A stretch of 64,000 nt of DNA from the NCBI GenBank assembly GCA_965223265.1, contig OZ244999.1:512001-576000 (forward strand). Direction: 5' to 3'. The notes beneath the pieces were generated by a model, which saw only the letters and a list, made by a program, of their open reading frames with translations, was not told where the DNA came from and made no database searches. Shown here in pieces: positions 9,775-18,248 of this stretch. This stretch comes from Planctomycetota bacterium (GTDB lineage Bacteria > Planctomycetota > UBA8108 > SXIK01). Made by a program: the position numbers and the translations under genes. Positions within the stretch are counted from its first letter, which is position 1, and each line of letters opens with the position of its first letter.

Positions 9775-10069
9775 CAACGTCCTCGTACTCGCCACGTCCG
9801 CCTCGGATGACGGGCTTGCGGGGGAGGTTCTTAGGACTTTTTCACTCGCCGCGGAGCGCATTGGCGCCTCGATCCTGGAAGGCAGCTCGTTCTCGGAACT
9901 TTTCCCGGCTTCAGGACGGTCGACTCTCCCTTTCTGTTCGGCTGTAAGCTCCAAAGTCGTGTTGTTTCTCGGTCAGTCTCGGTGAATGGAGATTTTGCTT
10001 GGTTGTAACGTGTTGAGGCTTTTGTGCTTAGGGGTTAGGCTCGAAACATGAAAAAAAATCGGGCAGCTA

Positions 10070-10096
10070 TGAAACAACCGGGCGAGTCGGGCGTCT
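10070..10096 (+). promoter_or_regulatory. Putative autoregulatory ECF promoter TGAAAC-N16-CGTCT
   Basis: TGAAAC (10070-10075), a 16-nt spacer and CGTC (10092-10095) match the classic AAC/CGT ECF consensus. The site lies 12 nt upstream of an in-frame ATG of the sigma gene. Confidence 0.6.
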
Positions 10097-10107
10097 CTAA
10101 GGGCACT

Positions 10108-10713
10108 ATGAACGACATGGTGCTTCCTTCTGCGCCGCACGGCGGATTCGTTCAGCCCGACGACGTCCCAGGAGACCCTTCCGATGACGAGTCGCCAGCT
10201 GAGTTTTCAAGCGACCCGACCCCGCGTCTCGAGGGGCTGGTCCGCGGCAACGCGGGGTGGCTTCGCGGTTGGTTCCGCGGCCGCGTGCGTGACCCCGAGA
10301 TCGTCGATGATCTCTGCCAGGAGACGTTCCTGCGCGCGCTGCGCGGGTTCTCGCGCCTACGGGATCCGGCCCGTTTCCCGGCCTGGATCTACCGCACCGC
10401 GGAGAATCTTTTGCGCGACCACCTGCGCCGCAAACGTCGACGCGGCGACCGCGTCGTTTTTACCGATTCCCTCGACACCCCAGACCGAGACCCTACGCCC
10501 GAAGAAAAGATGTTGAGGAAGGAAATGGCCAGCGAACTGTTAGCGAGTGTCGAAGAGTTACCAGCGCGTTACCGCGAGCCGTTCCTGCTGCGCCACACCC
10601 GTGATCTCACCTACGCCGAGATTTCCAACCTCCTTGGCGTCACGGAAAGCGCCGTGCGCGTCAGAGTGTTTAGAGCCCGCAAGATTCTACGTGAGAAGTG
10701 CGATGCCGAGTAG
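10108..10713 (+). CDS. ECF-type sigma-70 factor (RpoE/SigW-like)
   Basis: DDLCQETFLRA, FPAWIYRTAENLLRD, LPARYREPFLL...LTYAEISNLLGVTESAVRVRVFRAR. Start placed downstream of the ECF promoter; the track start at 10048 is possible. Confidence 0.92.
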   Translation: MNDMVLPSAPHGGFVQPDDVPGDPSDDESPAEFSSDPTPRLEGLVRGNAGWLRGWFRGRVRDPEIVDDLCQETFLRALRGFSRLRDPARFPAWIYRTAENLLRDHLRRKRRRGDRVVFTDSLDTPDRDPTPEEKMLRKEMASELLASVEELPARYREPFLLRHTRDLTYAEISNLLGVTESAVRVRVFRARKILREKCDAE

Positions 10714-11356
10714 CCACCCCGCCGCCCAAGGCCTATCGTGTTCCGAGGCGCAGTTGTGGATTTCCATGCGGATTGACGCAGAGGAGTTGCCCCCAGACGC
10801 CGTGCCGCGATTGGACGCGCACTGCGTCTCCTGCGAGCCATGTCGCCGCTGGTTTGAAGAGGAGAAGGAGCGCAGTGCGCAGCTGAGAGTCGTGCTTTGT
10901 AGCTCGCCCGAGGAGGACTCGGCACTCGAACGCACGATCTGCGACGCGGCGCTGCAGGCAGGGTGGGACGGTCGGACTTTGACGTCGAGCGTCGCGTCGA
11001 AACGGCATGCATGGCGGCGTGGGATCATGGCGCTCGCTGCAGCGGCTGTTGTGGTGTCGCTGGCAGCTTACTTCGTCGCCACGACGGAACCGTCGAGTGA
11101 CGGGGTACCACATGTCGGCCAGGTGTCGATCGACGGTCCGTTTTCGTCGCCCGGCATCGGAGCCTCGCCCGAGGAACGGCTGCTGATTCTGCCCGACTCT
11201 CAGGGGGCGCCTTGGGCCGTGCGGTTCGATCGTCGGCATTACCGTTTACAGATCGACCCAGATGGCAGTGAAGAGAACGAGAAGCCGCGGATGCTTCTCG
11301 AAGTGGAACAATACGATCCGCGCTACATGCGTCTCGCCAGTTGGCCGTATCAGTAG
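10703..11356 (+). CDS. Zinc-binding (ZAS/zf-HC2) membrane anti-sigma factor
   Basis: CSEAQLWISMRID...HCVSCEPC (HxxxCxxC), then WRR and a TM helix (GIMALAAAAVVVSLAAYFVA). ATG 10703 overlaps the end of the sigma gene. Confidence 0.85.
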   Translation: MPSSHPAAQGLSCSEAQLWISMRIDAEELPPDAVPRLDAHCVSCEPCRRWFEEEKERSAQLRVVLCSSPEEDSALERTICDAALQAGWDGRTLTSSVASKRHAWRRGIMALAAAAVVVSLAAYFVATTEPSSDGVPHVGQVSIDGPFSSPGIGASPEERLLILPDSQGAPWAVRFDRRHYRLQIDPDGSEENEKPRMLLEVEQYDPRYMRLASWPYQ

Positions 11357-11605
11357 CCTCGTCGGCGAAGCCGCTTCCCGTCGTGGCCGGGTCGTTGCCT
11401 TGAGATTGCCTTGAACACTGGTGGCACGAGTGGGCAAGACCGAGGTGCACATCGGTCGACCTGAACACTTCCGTTGACTCCAGTTGCGAAGACTCACGAG
11501 ACGACAGCGAGCCGAAGTCTCGACGCCGCTCTCGCGCCAGGAATCTTTGTTGACGTTGGGGTCGATTCACGATCGATAGAGAAGAAGTTAGCAAGGAGTA
11601 TCACC

Positions 11606-12811
11606 ATGAGATTCACAGCGATGACGCTGCCACTTTTTTTCGCTCTACTGACCACCGGCAACGCTGCCGCGGCGGACAAAGGCTACTTGGGCGTTGAGCT
11701 CAAGGCGTTCGGCTTCGGCCCGGGCGTGCTCATCGCCGGCGTTGCCGAAGATGGCCCGGCGGCCCGCGCCGGTGTGCGCGAGCTGGACGTCCTCAAAGCG
11801 ATCGATGGCGAGGCCGTGCGAAGTCAGCGCGATGTCGTCCTTATCATCGGTGCCCACAAGAGCGGCGACACGATTCAGCTGACGCTCCAGCGCGGGAACG
11901 AAACCGTGGAGCTCGAAGCGACCCTTGGTACCCGACCGCAGGTCGACGTCGTTCCACGTGCCGACGTTCCTGAGAAAGAGAAGAGCAATGCGACCGCAAA
12001 GTCGGCGGGATTCCTCGGCGTCGGGTACGCTGACGTTCCTGAGATGCTCTCCGTTCACCTCGGACTTAAAGTCGGCGATGGTGTGCTCGTCGGTGGCGTA
12101 CACAAGGAGTCGGCCGCCGGTGAGGCTGGTATCGAGCGCTTCGATGTGATCGTCAAGATCGACGGCGAGATCGTTCGCGGTGGTCGCGGACTCGTCAAGC
12201 TGATGAGCGGCAAGTCCGCCGGTGACGAGGTTTCGGTCGAACTGATCCACCGCGGTAAGGCGACGTCCAAGAAACTCACGCTGGGCGAACGACCCGCCGG
12301 ACTCGCGAAGGCGCCGTGGGGTCATCCCGGCCCAGGCATGCCCGGTTGGTTCGGTCCCCACGGCCAAGTGTTCCCGCACGGTATGCCGCGGCGGCAAGGC
12401 CGATTTCACCTTGGCGACGAGGTTTTCGAGCTGCCGTTCCCGAACGCGTACGAGAGTCTTCGCCAGCTCCTCGAGGAGCGGGGTGAGTTCGATCCGCACA
12501 CGTGGCAGCGTTTCGAAGAAGCGTTCAAGGGCCTCGACGGCGCGGTCGAGAGGAGCGAGTCGTCACAGCTGCACGTCATCGAGGATGGCTTCGAGATCAA
12601 AATCGTCACCGATGCCGCGGGCACGCGCGTGACGGTGAGCCGCGACGGCGAGATGATCGCCGACAACGTGCCTTACGACAAGATCGACTCGCTTCCCGAG
12701 GACGTGCAGGAGCGGGTGCGTACTCTGATGAAGAAGCACGAAGTGAAGCCGAGCGACGGCGCCACAACGCCGAGCAAGCCGATCGAGCCGAGTCGCGGCA
12801 TCAAAGCGTAA
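11606..12811 (+). CDS. Secreted tandem-PDZ protein without a protease domain
   Basis: AAGGAG RBS and signal peptide (...TGNAAAA). Two PDZ units (GYLGV...GPAARAGVRELDVLKAIDG; GFLGV...SAAGEAGIERFDVIVKIDG). No trypsin GNSGG motif. Confidence 0.85.
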   Translation: MRFTAMTLPLFFALLTTGNAAAADKGYLGVELKAFGFGPGVLIAGVAEDGPAARAGVRELDVLKAIDGEAVRSQRDVVLIIGAHKSGDTIQLTLQRGNETVELEATLGTRPQVDVVPRADVPEKEKSNATAKSAGFLGVGYADVPEMLSVHLGLKVGDGVLVGGVHKESAAGEAGIERFDVIVKIDGEIVRGGRGLVKLMSGKSAGDEVSVELIHRGKATSKKLTLGERPAGLAKAPWGHPGPGMPGWFGPHGQVFPHGMPRRQGRFHLGDEVFELPFPNAYESLRQLLEERGEFDPHTWQRFEEAFKGLDGAVERSESSQLHVIEDGFEIKIVTDAAGTRVTVSRDGEMIADNVPYDKIDSLPEDVQERVRTLMKKHEVKPSDGATTPSKPIEPSRGIKA

Positions 12812-12854
12812 CCGACCCTTACCGGGCGTGATCAAAGAACTCCGGTCCGAGAAC

Positions 12855-12916
12855 GGAGAGTGCCTGCTACTCGAAGCGTATCGCCAGTTCGACCTTCAAA
12901 GTAGCAGGCACACTCC
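12855..12916. repeat. Inverted repeat / stem-loop after the PDZ gene
   Basis: GGAGAGTGCCTGCTACT (12855) pairs with AGTAGCAGGCACACTCC (to 12916). Confidence 0.7.
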
Positions 12917-13041
12917 TGTGTGCCGTCCGGACGTGGGCGTGAGCGTGGGCGTGAGCGTCGACCGTGAGTTTCGACGGCACGTTTTTAAGAACTCACATCC
13001 TCTCTGTGTGCCGTCTGGACGTGACTGTGAGTGACGACGGC
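12917..13041. repeat. Two REP-like units TGTGTGCCGTCYGGACGTG...GACGGC with hexamer-repeat loops
   Basis: The 19-mer occurs at 12917 and 13005 with one mismatch. Each copy is closed by a GACGGC arm, and the first is followed by GTTTTT. Confidence 0.6.
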
Positions 13042-13086
13042 CCGTGCACCGAATGGCCATAGCGCCGAACATCACGTTTCGATTGA

Positions 13087-13265
13087 CAGCCCGTTGAAGA
13101 AGTCATTCGGCCGACGAAAGTGGCCTCTTCACGCCCAGACGGGCCGCGTCAATATTCGCCATCAGAATCGAAAGAAGAAGGCCCGAAGATTGCCTGCATT
13201 GGTGGCGGCCGATCTGGACGCGAAGAGACCAGTTTTCGGCTCGAAACACTTTTTCGGGCAGGCTG
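13087..13265 (-). mobile_element. Non-autonomous fold-back MITE-like element, copy 1 (opposite orientation to copies 2 and 3)
   Basis: Ends CAGCCCGTTGAAGAAGTCATTCGGCCG... and ...CGGCTCGAAACACTTTTTCGGGCAGGCTG. Homologous to 24610-24779 and 46645-46806. Confidence 0.75.
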
Positions 13266-13352
13266 CTAACCGCGAGTTCTCGTGGGATGCCGTTGCAACC
13301 GCCGTCGCGACAGTTTTTCTCACGGGAGCTCGTTTTTGCCGCTACTGCGCCG

Positions 13353-13874
13353 CTAACGTGGTTCGACGAACTCGAAGCGGCCGCGTGTGAAGAGCTTCGG
13401 CGGCGTCAGCCAGACCAATTCGCCGGTGCCCAGCCGTACGTCCGCCCAACGATCCACCGCGAAGTCGATGCGCGTCATCGCCGCGGTTGGGAAACGCACC
13501 TCCCCGCCGCCGATGAAGAGCGACGTCATCGCGCTCCAGGTGGGCTCATGGCCGGCGAGGAGAAGAGTCTGGGTTGCGCCCGGCTCGCTGTGAATCTCCG
13601 CCAGCACTGCGTCGGGCGTTGCCTCATAGAGTGCGCTCGTGACGCGAATCTCGCAGCCCCAGTTCCCTGCGGCTACGGCCAGCTCGACTGCGGTCCGGGC
13701 GCGGACGGCGGACGACGTGACGACCGCGTCGGGAGGCTGAGCTGCGAGCTCAAGGAAGCGTCCCATGGTCTTGGCAGCCCGCACGCCGCGAGGTGCGAGC
13801 GGGCGCTCGTGATCGACCTCGATCCCCGTGTCCCAGTCTGATTTGCCGTGGCGAAAGAGAATGAGGCTCTTCAT
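13353..13874 (-). CDS. sixA: SixA-family phosphohistidine phosphatase
   Basis: LILFRHGKS, DHERPLAPRG, SSAVRARTA and GHEP motifs. Confidence 0.85.
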   Translation of the reverse strand: MKSLILFRHGKSDWDTGIEVDHERPLAPRGVRAAKTMGRFLELAAQPPDAVVTSSAVRARTAVELAVAAGNWGCEIRVTSALYEATPDAVLAEIHSEPGATQTLLLAGHEPTWSAMTSLFIGGGEVRFPTAAMTRIDFAVDRWADVRLGTGELVWLTPPKLFTRGRFEFVEPR

Positions 13875-14101
13875 GACTCGTCACCTTCGTTTGACGTCGG
13901 CTCGCTCGAACGGCCGAAGCGTGTGCGCAGCAGATGCGCAAGATAGAACGCTAGGCCAATCGCGCCCAGCGCACAGAGACCGACCGCCACCAGATCCTTA
14001 CGCGCTCCAGACGCCGACCAGGACCGAAACCGGTAGACGCCGAAACCGACGGTGAACAAGAGGCCACACGCGATGAGGAGGTAGTGAAACCGGTAGAGCA
14101 T
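13871..14101 (-). CDS. Small 2-TM membrane protein (76 aa)
   Basis: MLYRFHYLLIACGLLFTVGFGVY...LVAVGLCALGAIGLAFYLA. Its stop overlaps the sixA start (ATGA). Confidence 0.65.
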   Translation of the reverse strand: MLYRFHYLLIACGLLFTVGFGVYRFRSWSASGARKDLVAVGLCALGAIGLAFYLAHLLRTRFGRSSEPTSNEGDES

Positions 14102-14153
14102 CTTCTCGATGACTCGGTCAGTGGAGCGCGGTCTTACGAGGCGCGGGACGCCG

Positions 14154-14417
14154 TCAATTGAGTTCGGCTTCAGCCGGCAACAGCGAGATTGTCCCGGTGC
14201 CCGGGTCGAAAGGACCAACAAGGAAGCCGTGCGCGTCGGCGAACTGTTCGAGCAGCGGCATCAGCCCATCCGCATCTCCCATCGGATCGACCTCGAGGAT
14301 GCCGTCGGTCAGCGTCGCAGTAAGGATTTCAAAGTCGACGTACGGAGTCTTCTCGCGGTCGTGTAGCCAATCCTGCAATCGGTCCGCGTGTTCAAAGATC
14401 GCCGAGCTTCCGTACAT
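14154..14417 (-). CDS. Small acidic hypothetical protein (87 aa)
   Basis: GGAGG RBS before ATG, globular-looking composition, same strand as its neighbours. Confidence 0.65.
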   Translation of the reverse strand: MYGSSAIFEHADRLQDWLHDREKTPYVDFEILTATLTDGILEVDPMGDADGLMPLLEQFADAHGFLVGPFDPGTGTISLLPAEAELN

Positions 14418-14604
14418 AACAAACCTCCGCAGAGTTTTTACTACGACGGAGCTCGAAAAGCAATGTCACGCCGCGCTGCTCTGTGGGTCGAAGCGCCGCA
14501 GTAGGGCCGAAAAACCGAACAAAACGCGCGCACCGCAGGAACTTCGTGGAGACTGTCGCTTCTGCGTCGAGATCGGCTGTGGCAAACGCACCAAACCATC
14601 CCAC

Positions 14605-14730
14605 CTACATCAAGTATGCCGTGAACGCGAGGAGCAAGAGCCCAATCGTGAAACAACAAAGAATCCAAACGAAGACGATGTAGGGAGTCTTGTCGTTTGG
14701 TGGCCCCGCGGGTGCCGACGGTTTGTTCAC
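14605..14730 (-). CDS. Putative single-TM micropeptide (41 aa) downstream of ctaF
   Basis: GTG...TAG encodes MNKPSAPAGPPNDKTPYIVFVWILCCFTIGLLLLAFTAYLM. It starts ~40 nt after the ctaF stop and is below the ORF-track size cutoff. Confidence 0.45.
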   Translation of the reverse strand: MNKPSAPAGPPNDKTPYIVFVWILCCFTIGLLLLAFTAYLM

Positions 14731-14769
14731 AGAGCTGGTCCGTCGGTCAGTCTGGTGACGACCGCGCGG

Positions 14770-15060
14770 TTATCCTTTGAAGACAACGTCCGGAATCAGC
14801 GACACGACAAGTACGACCGCCAGCAGCAGCGGAAAACTAACGATCAGTATGAACGCCGTCCGCTCTGAAATGAGATGCATGAAGTACAGCGCGACGAGGG
14901 CCGCTTTGACGAGCGCCAGGAGCACGAGAACGACGACGGTGGTCGTCCACAGATCCATAGCGAACCCCACTTTCGCAGCCCCGATCTCCACGACCGTGAG
15001 CACCGCCAGAGCGACGAAAATCAGCATGTAGTTGGGATGTTTGTGTGCTTCTTCAGACAC
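14770..15060 (-). CDS. ctaF: Cytochrome c oxidase subunit IV (COX4_pro family)
   Basis: YMLIFVALAVLTVVEI...KAALVALYFMHL, 3 TM helices; overlaps the subunit III gene. Confidence 0.9.
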   Translation of the reverse strand: MSEEAHKHPNYMLIFVALAVLTVVEIGAAKVGFAMDLWTTTVVVLVLLALVKAALVALYFMHLISERTAFILIVSFPLLLAVVLVVSLIPDVVFKG

Positions 15061-15895
15061 TGTCGGTCACCCTGTTTTCAACCAGATAGACGATGGTGAA
15101 GATGACGATCCAGACAAGATCGACGAAGTGCCAGTAGAGCCCGACGATCTCCATGCGATTCACGGTCCAGCGATTCCTCAGCACACCGAGAAGAATGATC
15201 GCAAGATAGATCACTCCGGAGGCGACATGGCAGCCGTGAAAGCAGGTGAGGACGTAGAACGTGGCGCAGAACAGCCCCTCCGATTCGCCGATTTTTGTCT
15301 TCGGGTAATCGCGATCCAAAACCTCCTTGGCTGCTGTGAACGCGGCGGCAGCCTCGTCAGCGTCGTGGCTGACACTATGGTCGAGGAACTTCTCCGCCGC
15401 GGCGAACTCCGCGACCGAGGTCACCGGGCTTGGTGCGCCGCTCGCTTCCGCTTCAGCAGCGATGGTTTCGAATCGTTTGCGCACCTCGTACTCGTCGGAG
15501 AACCCCGACACCGTAAAACCGCTGTTGATTTGGTGCGTGTACTCGTAGACCTGGATGCCAAGGAACACCAAGCCGCCAAAAATCGTCGCGCCAAGCCACT
15601 TCACCATGCCGCTTTTGTCTGCGTTTTGCGACGCGAGGAAGGCTTTCACCATCGACACGCTACTGCAAATGAGGACGAACGTGTTGAACGCGGTGAGGTC
15701 GATCGCCAGATGATCTGTCGGCTCTGGCCACGTGCCGGCGTTACCGCCGCGCAGCGCCACGTACGCCGCGATGAGGCCCATGAACGACATGCCGTCGGAA
15801 CCCAGAAAGATCCACATGGCGAGCTTGCCGTCGGTGACACCGAGTGTCGGTTGGCTGCCGGCCGTGGAGGCTTCTGGAGCCGCTGTTTGACTCAT
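15053..15895 (-). CDS. ctaE: Heme-copper oxidase subunit III with a loop insertion
   Basis: KLAMWIFLGSD, NTFVLICSSVSM, FYVLTCFHGCHV and GLYWHFVDLVW motifs. Confidence 0.92.
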   Translation of the reverse strand: MSQTAAPEASTAGSQPTLGVTDGKLAMWIFLGSDGMSFMGLIAAYVALRGGNAGTWPEPTDHLAIDLTAFNTFVLICSSVSMVKAFLASQNADKSGMVKWLGATIFGGLVFLGIQVYEYTHQINSGFTVSGFSDEYEVRKRFETIAAEAEASGAPSPVTSVAEFAAAEKFLDHSVSHDADEAAAAFTAAKEVLDRDYPKTKIGESEGLFCATFYVLTCFHGCHVASGVIYLAIILLGVLRNRWTVNRMEIVGLYWHFVDLVWIVIFTIVYLVENRVTDSV

Positions 15896-16274
15896 GAGTC
15901 TTGATTCCTCGGTTTATGAAACTGTGCTTTTGGAGTCTCTTGATTTCGACGTAAGTCTTCGAAGATGCGAAACGAACCAGAGCACTACCACGACGTGGGC
16001 GTCTCAGTGATTCAAACGCACGATTCCGACGCAGTCCTCTGAGGCGGCGCCAAACGTCCGTGTCGGGAGGAATGCGGTCGCTCACCTCGGGTGTGAAAGG
16101 ACGTAGTTTGAAGTTTCGGGTGCGGAGCGTCAATAGCTTGCCTTGAAATCGACGCAAGGGGCATCTCGGTCGCCGCAGGTCGACCTGAGCCGCGTCCTTC
16201 CCGCGCGCCTTGGTGCGGTGATTTGTCGCGGCTGTGGCGGTCGTGAGGGGCGGTTTTGGGTGCTCCGAAAGGCC

Positions 16275-16305
16275 TTGAGTCTCTCCTTTCGAAGTGGTAT
16301 AGAAT
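16275..16305 (+). promoter_or_regulatory. Candidate sigma70 promoter for the ferredoxin gene
   Basis: TTGAGT-N17-TATAGA(AT), with TG just upstream of the -10 element. Confidence 0.35.
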
Positions 16306-16382
16306 GATCGTCCTGGCGCTCGTGGGCATCCTTTCGAGCGCCCAGATCAGCGACAAAAATAGGCAAATACAAGGAATTCAAC

Positions 16383-16739
16383 ATGCCGCATATCGTCACT
16401 GGCCGCTGTGTGGACTGCCGCTACACCGATTGCTGCACCGTCTGTCCGGTCGACTGTTTCTACGAGACCGCGGATCCGGCCATGCTGGTGATCGATCCTG
16501 ACACCTGCATCGACTGCGAGCTCTGCGTCCCGGAATGTCCGATCAACGCGATTTACCCTGAGAGCGAACTGCCCGAATGTTACTCCGAGTGGGTCGAGAA
16601 GAACGCCGAACTGTTTGAAGGCGGCGAGAACGTCACCGAGAAGAAAGACGCTCTGGACGGGGCTCTGTCGCTTGAAGCGATTCAGGGCAAAGAGAAAGAG
16701 GCCGGTTTCGACGTCGAAGAGCCATCGAAGGCCGGTTGA
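16383..16739 (+). CDS. fdxA: Dicluster ferredoxin (FdxA / 7Fe type)
   Basis: CVDCRYTDCCTVCPVDCF and IDPDTCIDCELCVPECPINAI; AAGGA RBS. Confidence 0.92.
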   Translation: MPHIVTGRCVDCRYTDCCTVCPVDCFYETADPAMLVIDPDTCIDCELCVPECPINAIYPESELPECYSEWVEKNAELFEGGENVTEKKDALDGALSLEAIQGKEKEAGFDVEEPSKAG

Positions 16740-16970
16740 ACGACTCTTCGCTTTCAGAGCGGCCAGAACTGTAGCCGCGACAGAGAATCCATTGACATCA
16801 CCAAGCAGCCGGGAACCCGCGAGTCCCGGCTGCCTTCGTTTGTGGGCGGCGAAGCTTTGCGCCGGCCGAGTCCGCGCGAACGCGCGAACGCGCGGCCGTG
16901 GGGAACCGATCCGCGCGTCGAGTCGTTCCCTACCGCAGAGAAGTCCTTCGCACTCTTTTGGAGGTCGCAA

Positions 16971-18038
16971 GTGATGCTGTCGATTCGTCTCGCCGCCGTT
17001 GGATCCCCATGCATCGTCGCTGCCTTTTGCTTTGTGGTCGGCTGCACTCGGATGGAGACGCAGCAACCGGCGACCCCGGCGGAATCGTCCGCGCCGCCGA
17101 AACAGTCGGGCGCCTCCGTTGGAGGCACCGCGAGCACGAACGCGCCAGTGGATTTCGCCGCCGGGGAAAACGGAACAGGCGAGGACGGAACAGCCGAAGC
17201 GAATGGAACCAGCGTCGAGGCCATTTCCCTACCTGGCGCCAAGACCGTCGAAGGCACCGCGAGTGGGGAGGCACACCGGCCTGTCGTCGAAGCTCCCGCC
17301 TCGGCGGAGTCCACGCCTGCCGAGGTTGCCGTTGGGCACCACGCTAGCTGGACGCGGATACTGAAACAGCACGTCAGCGAGGAGGGTTGGATCGACTACC
17401 GTGCGCTCAGGCAGAGCAGTACTGGCGATCTGGAGGACTATTTGCAGCAACTCGCGACGACCGAATTGGCGGAGCTGTCGACAAAGAATGAACAGATGGC
17501 ATTCTGGATCAACGCCTACAACGCGCTTTGCGTCCGCACGCTGATTGATCATGACTTACCCAAAGAGGTGCCGCACGCGTTCGTCTTCGGCGCGAACATC
17601 TTCAAAGAGAAACGTTATCGCGTTGCCGGCAAGATTCGCCCACTCGACGAAATCGAGCATGAAATCTTGCGACCCAAATTCGCCGACCCACGCGTCCACG
17701 CGGCACTGGTCTGCGGCGCTAGTAGTTGCCCGCGGTTGCGCCCTGAAGCATACGAGGGCGATCGACTCGACCAGCAACTGGATGAGGAAACGCGGCGCTG
17801 GATCGGGTTCGGTAAAGACAAGAAGGGACGGCGAAAGAACGAGCTTGATCGCGCCGCCAAGGTGTTTCGAGCCTCGAAGATTTTCGATTGGTTCGCTGAA
17901 GACTTTGGCGACGGGGAAGCCGGCGTTTTAGCGTTTATCCGTCGCTACGCCTCACCGCAGGATGCCGCTTTCCTGGCTCAAACGAGCGTGCGTCTGAAAT
18001 ACCTCGACTACGACTGGAGTCTCAACAGTCGGCCTTGA
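16971..18038 (+). CDS. DUF547-domain lipoprotein
   Basis: GGAGG RBS, lipobox VVGC, low-complexity linker, then AFWINAYNA, DPRVHAALVCGASSCP, SKIFDWFAEDF and YDWSLN. Confidence 0.88.
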   Translation: MMLSIRLAAVGSPCIVAAFCFVVGCTRMETQQPATPAESSAPPKQSGASVGGTASTNAPVDFAAGENGTGEDGTAEANGTSVEAISLPGAKTVEGTASGEAHRPVVEAPASAESTPAEVAVGHHASWTRILKQHVSEEGWIDYRALRQSSTGDLEDYLQQLATTELAELSTKNEQMAFWINAYNALCVRTLIDHDLPKEVPHAFVFGANIFKEKRYRVAGKIRPLDEIEHEILRPKFADPRVHAALVCGASSCPRLRPEAYEGDRLDQQLDEETRRWIGFGKDKKGRRKNELDRAAKVFRASKIFDWFAEDFGDGEAGVLAFIRRYASPQDAAFLAQTSVRLKYLDYDWSLNSRP

Positions 18039-18248
18039 GCTCAGCCGGACCGCCTTGGCGGCGTTCGTCACTGCTGTGGACAACCGGGTGCAGTCTTTAT
18101 GCAGCGGGTTTTCGAGCGCCGCGGTTTGTTGTAGGCTCAGGTCTTCTCAGAACCCTTCGCAGAGTTGCCGTCACCGAGATCTATGGCCGACCTTCGACTG
18201 GTGGCCATGAGGGCTTGGCCGACGCAACCATCTTCCTGGGAGAACTCT

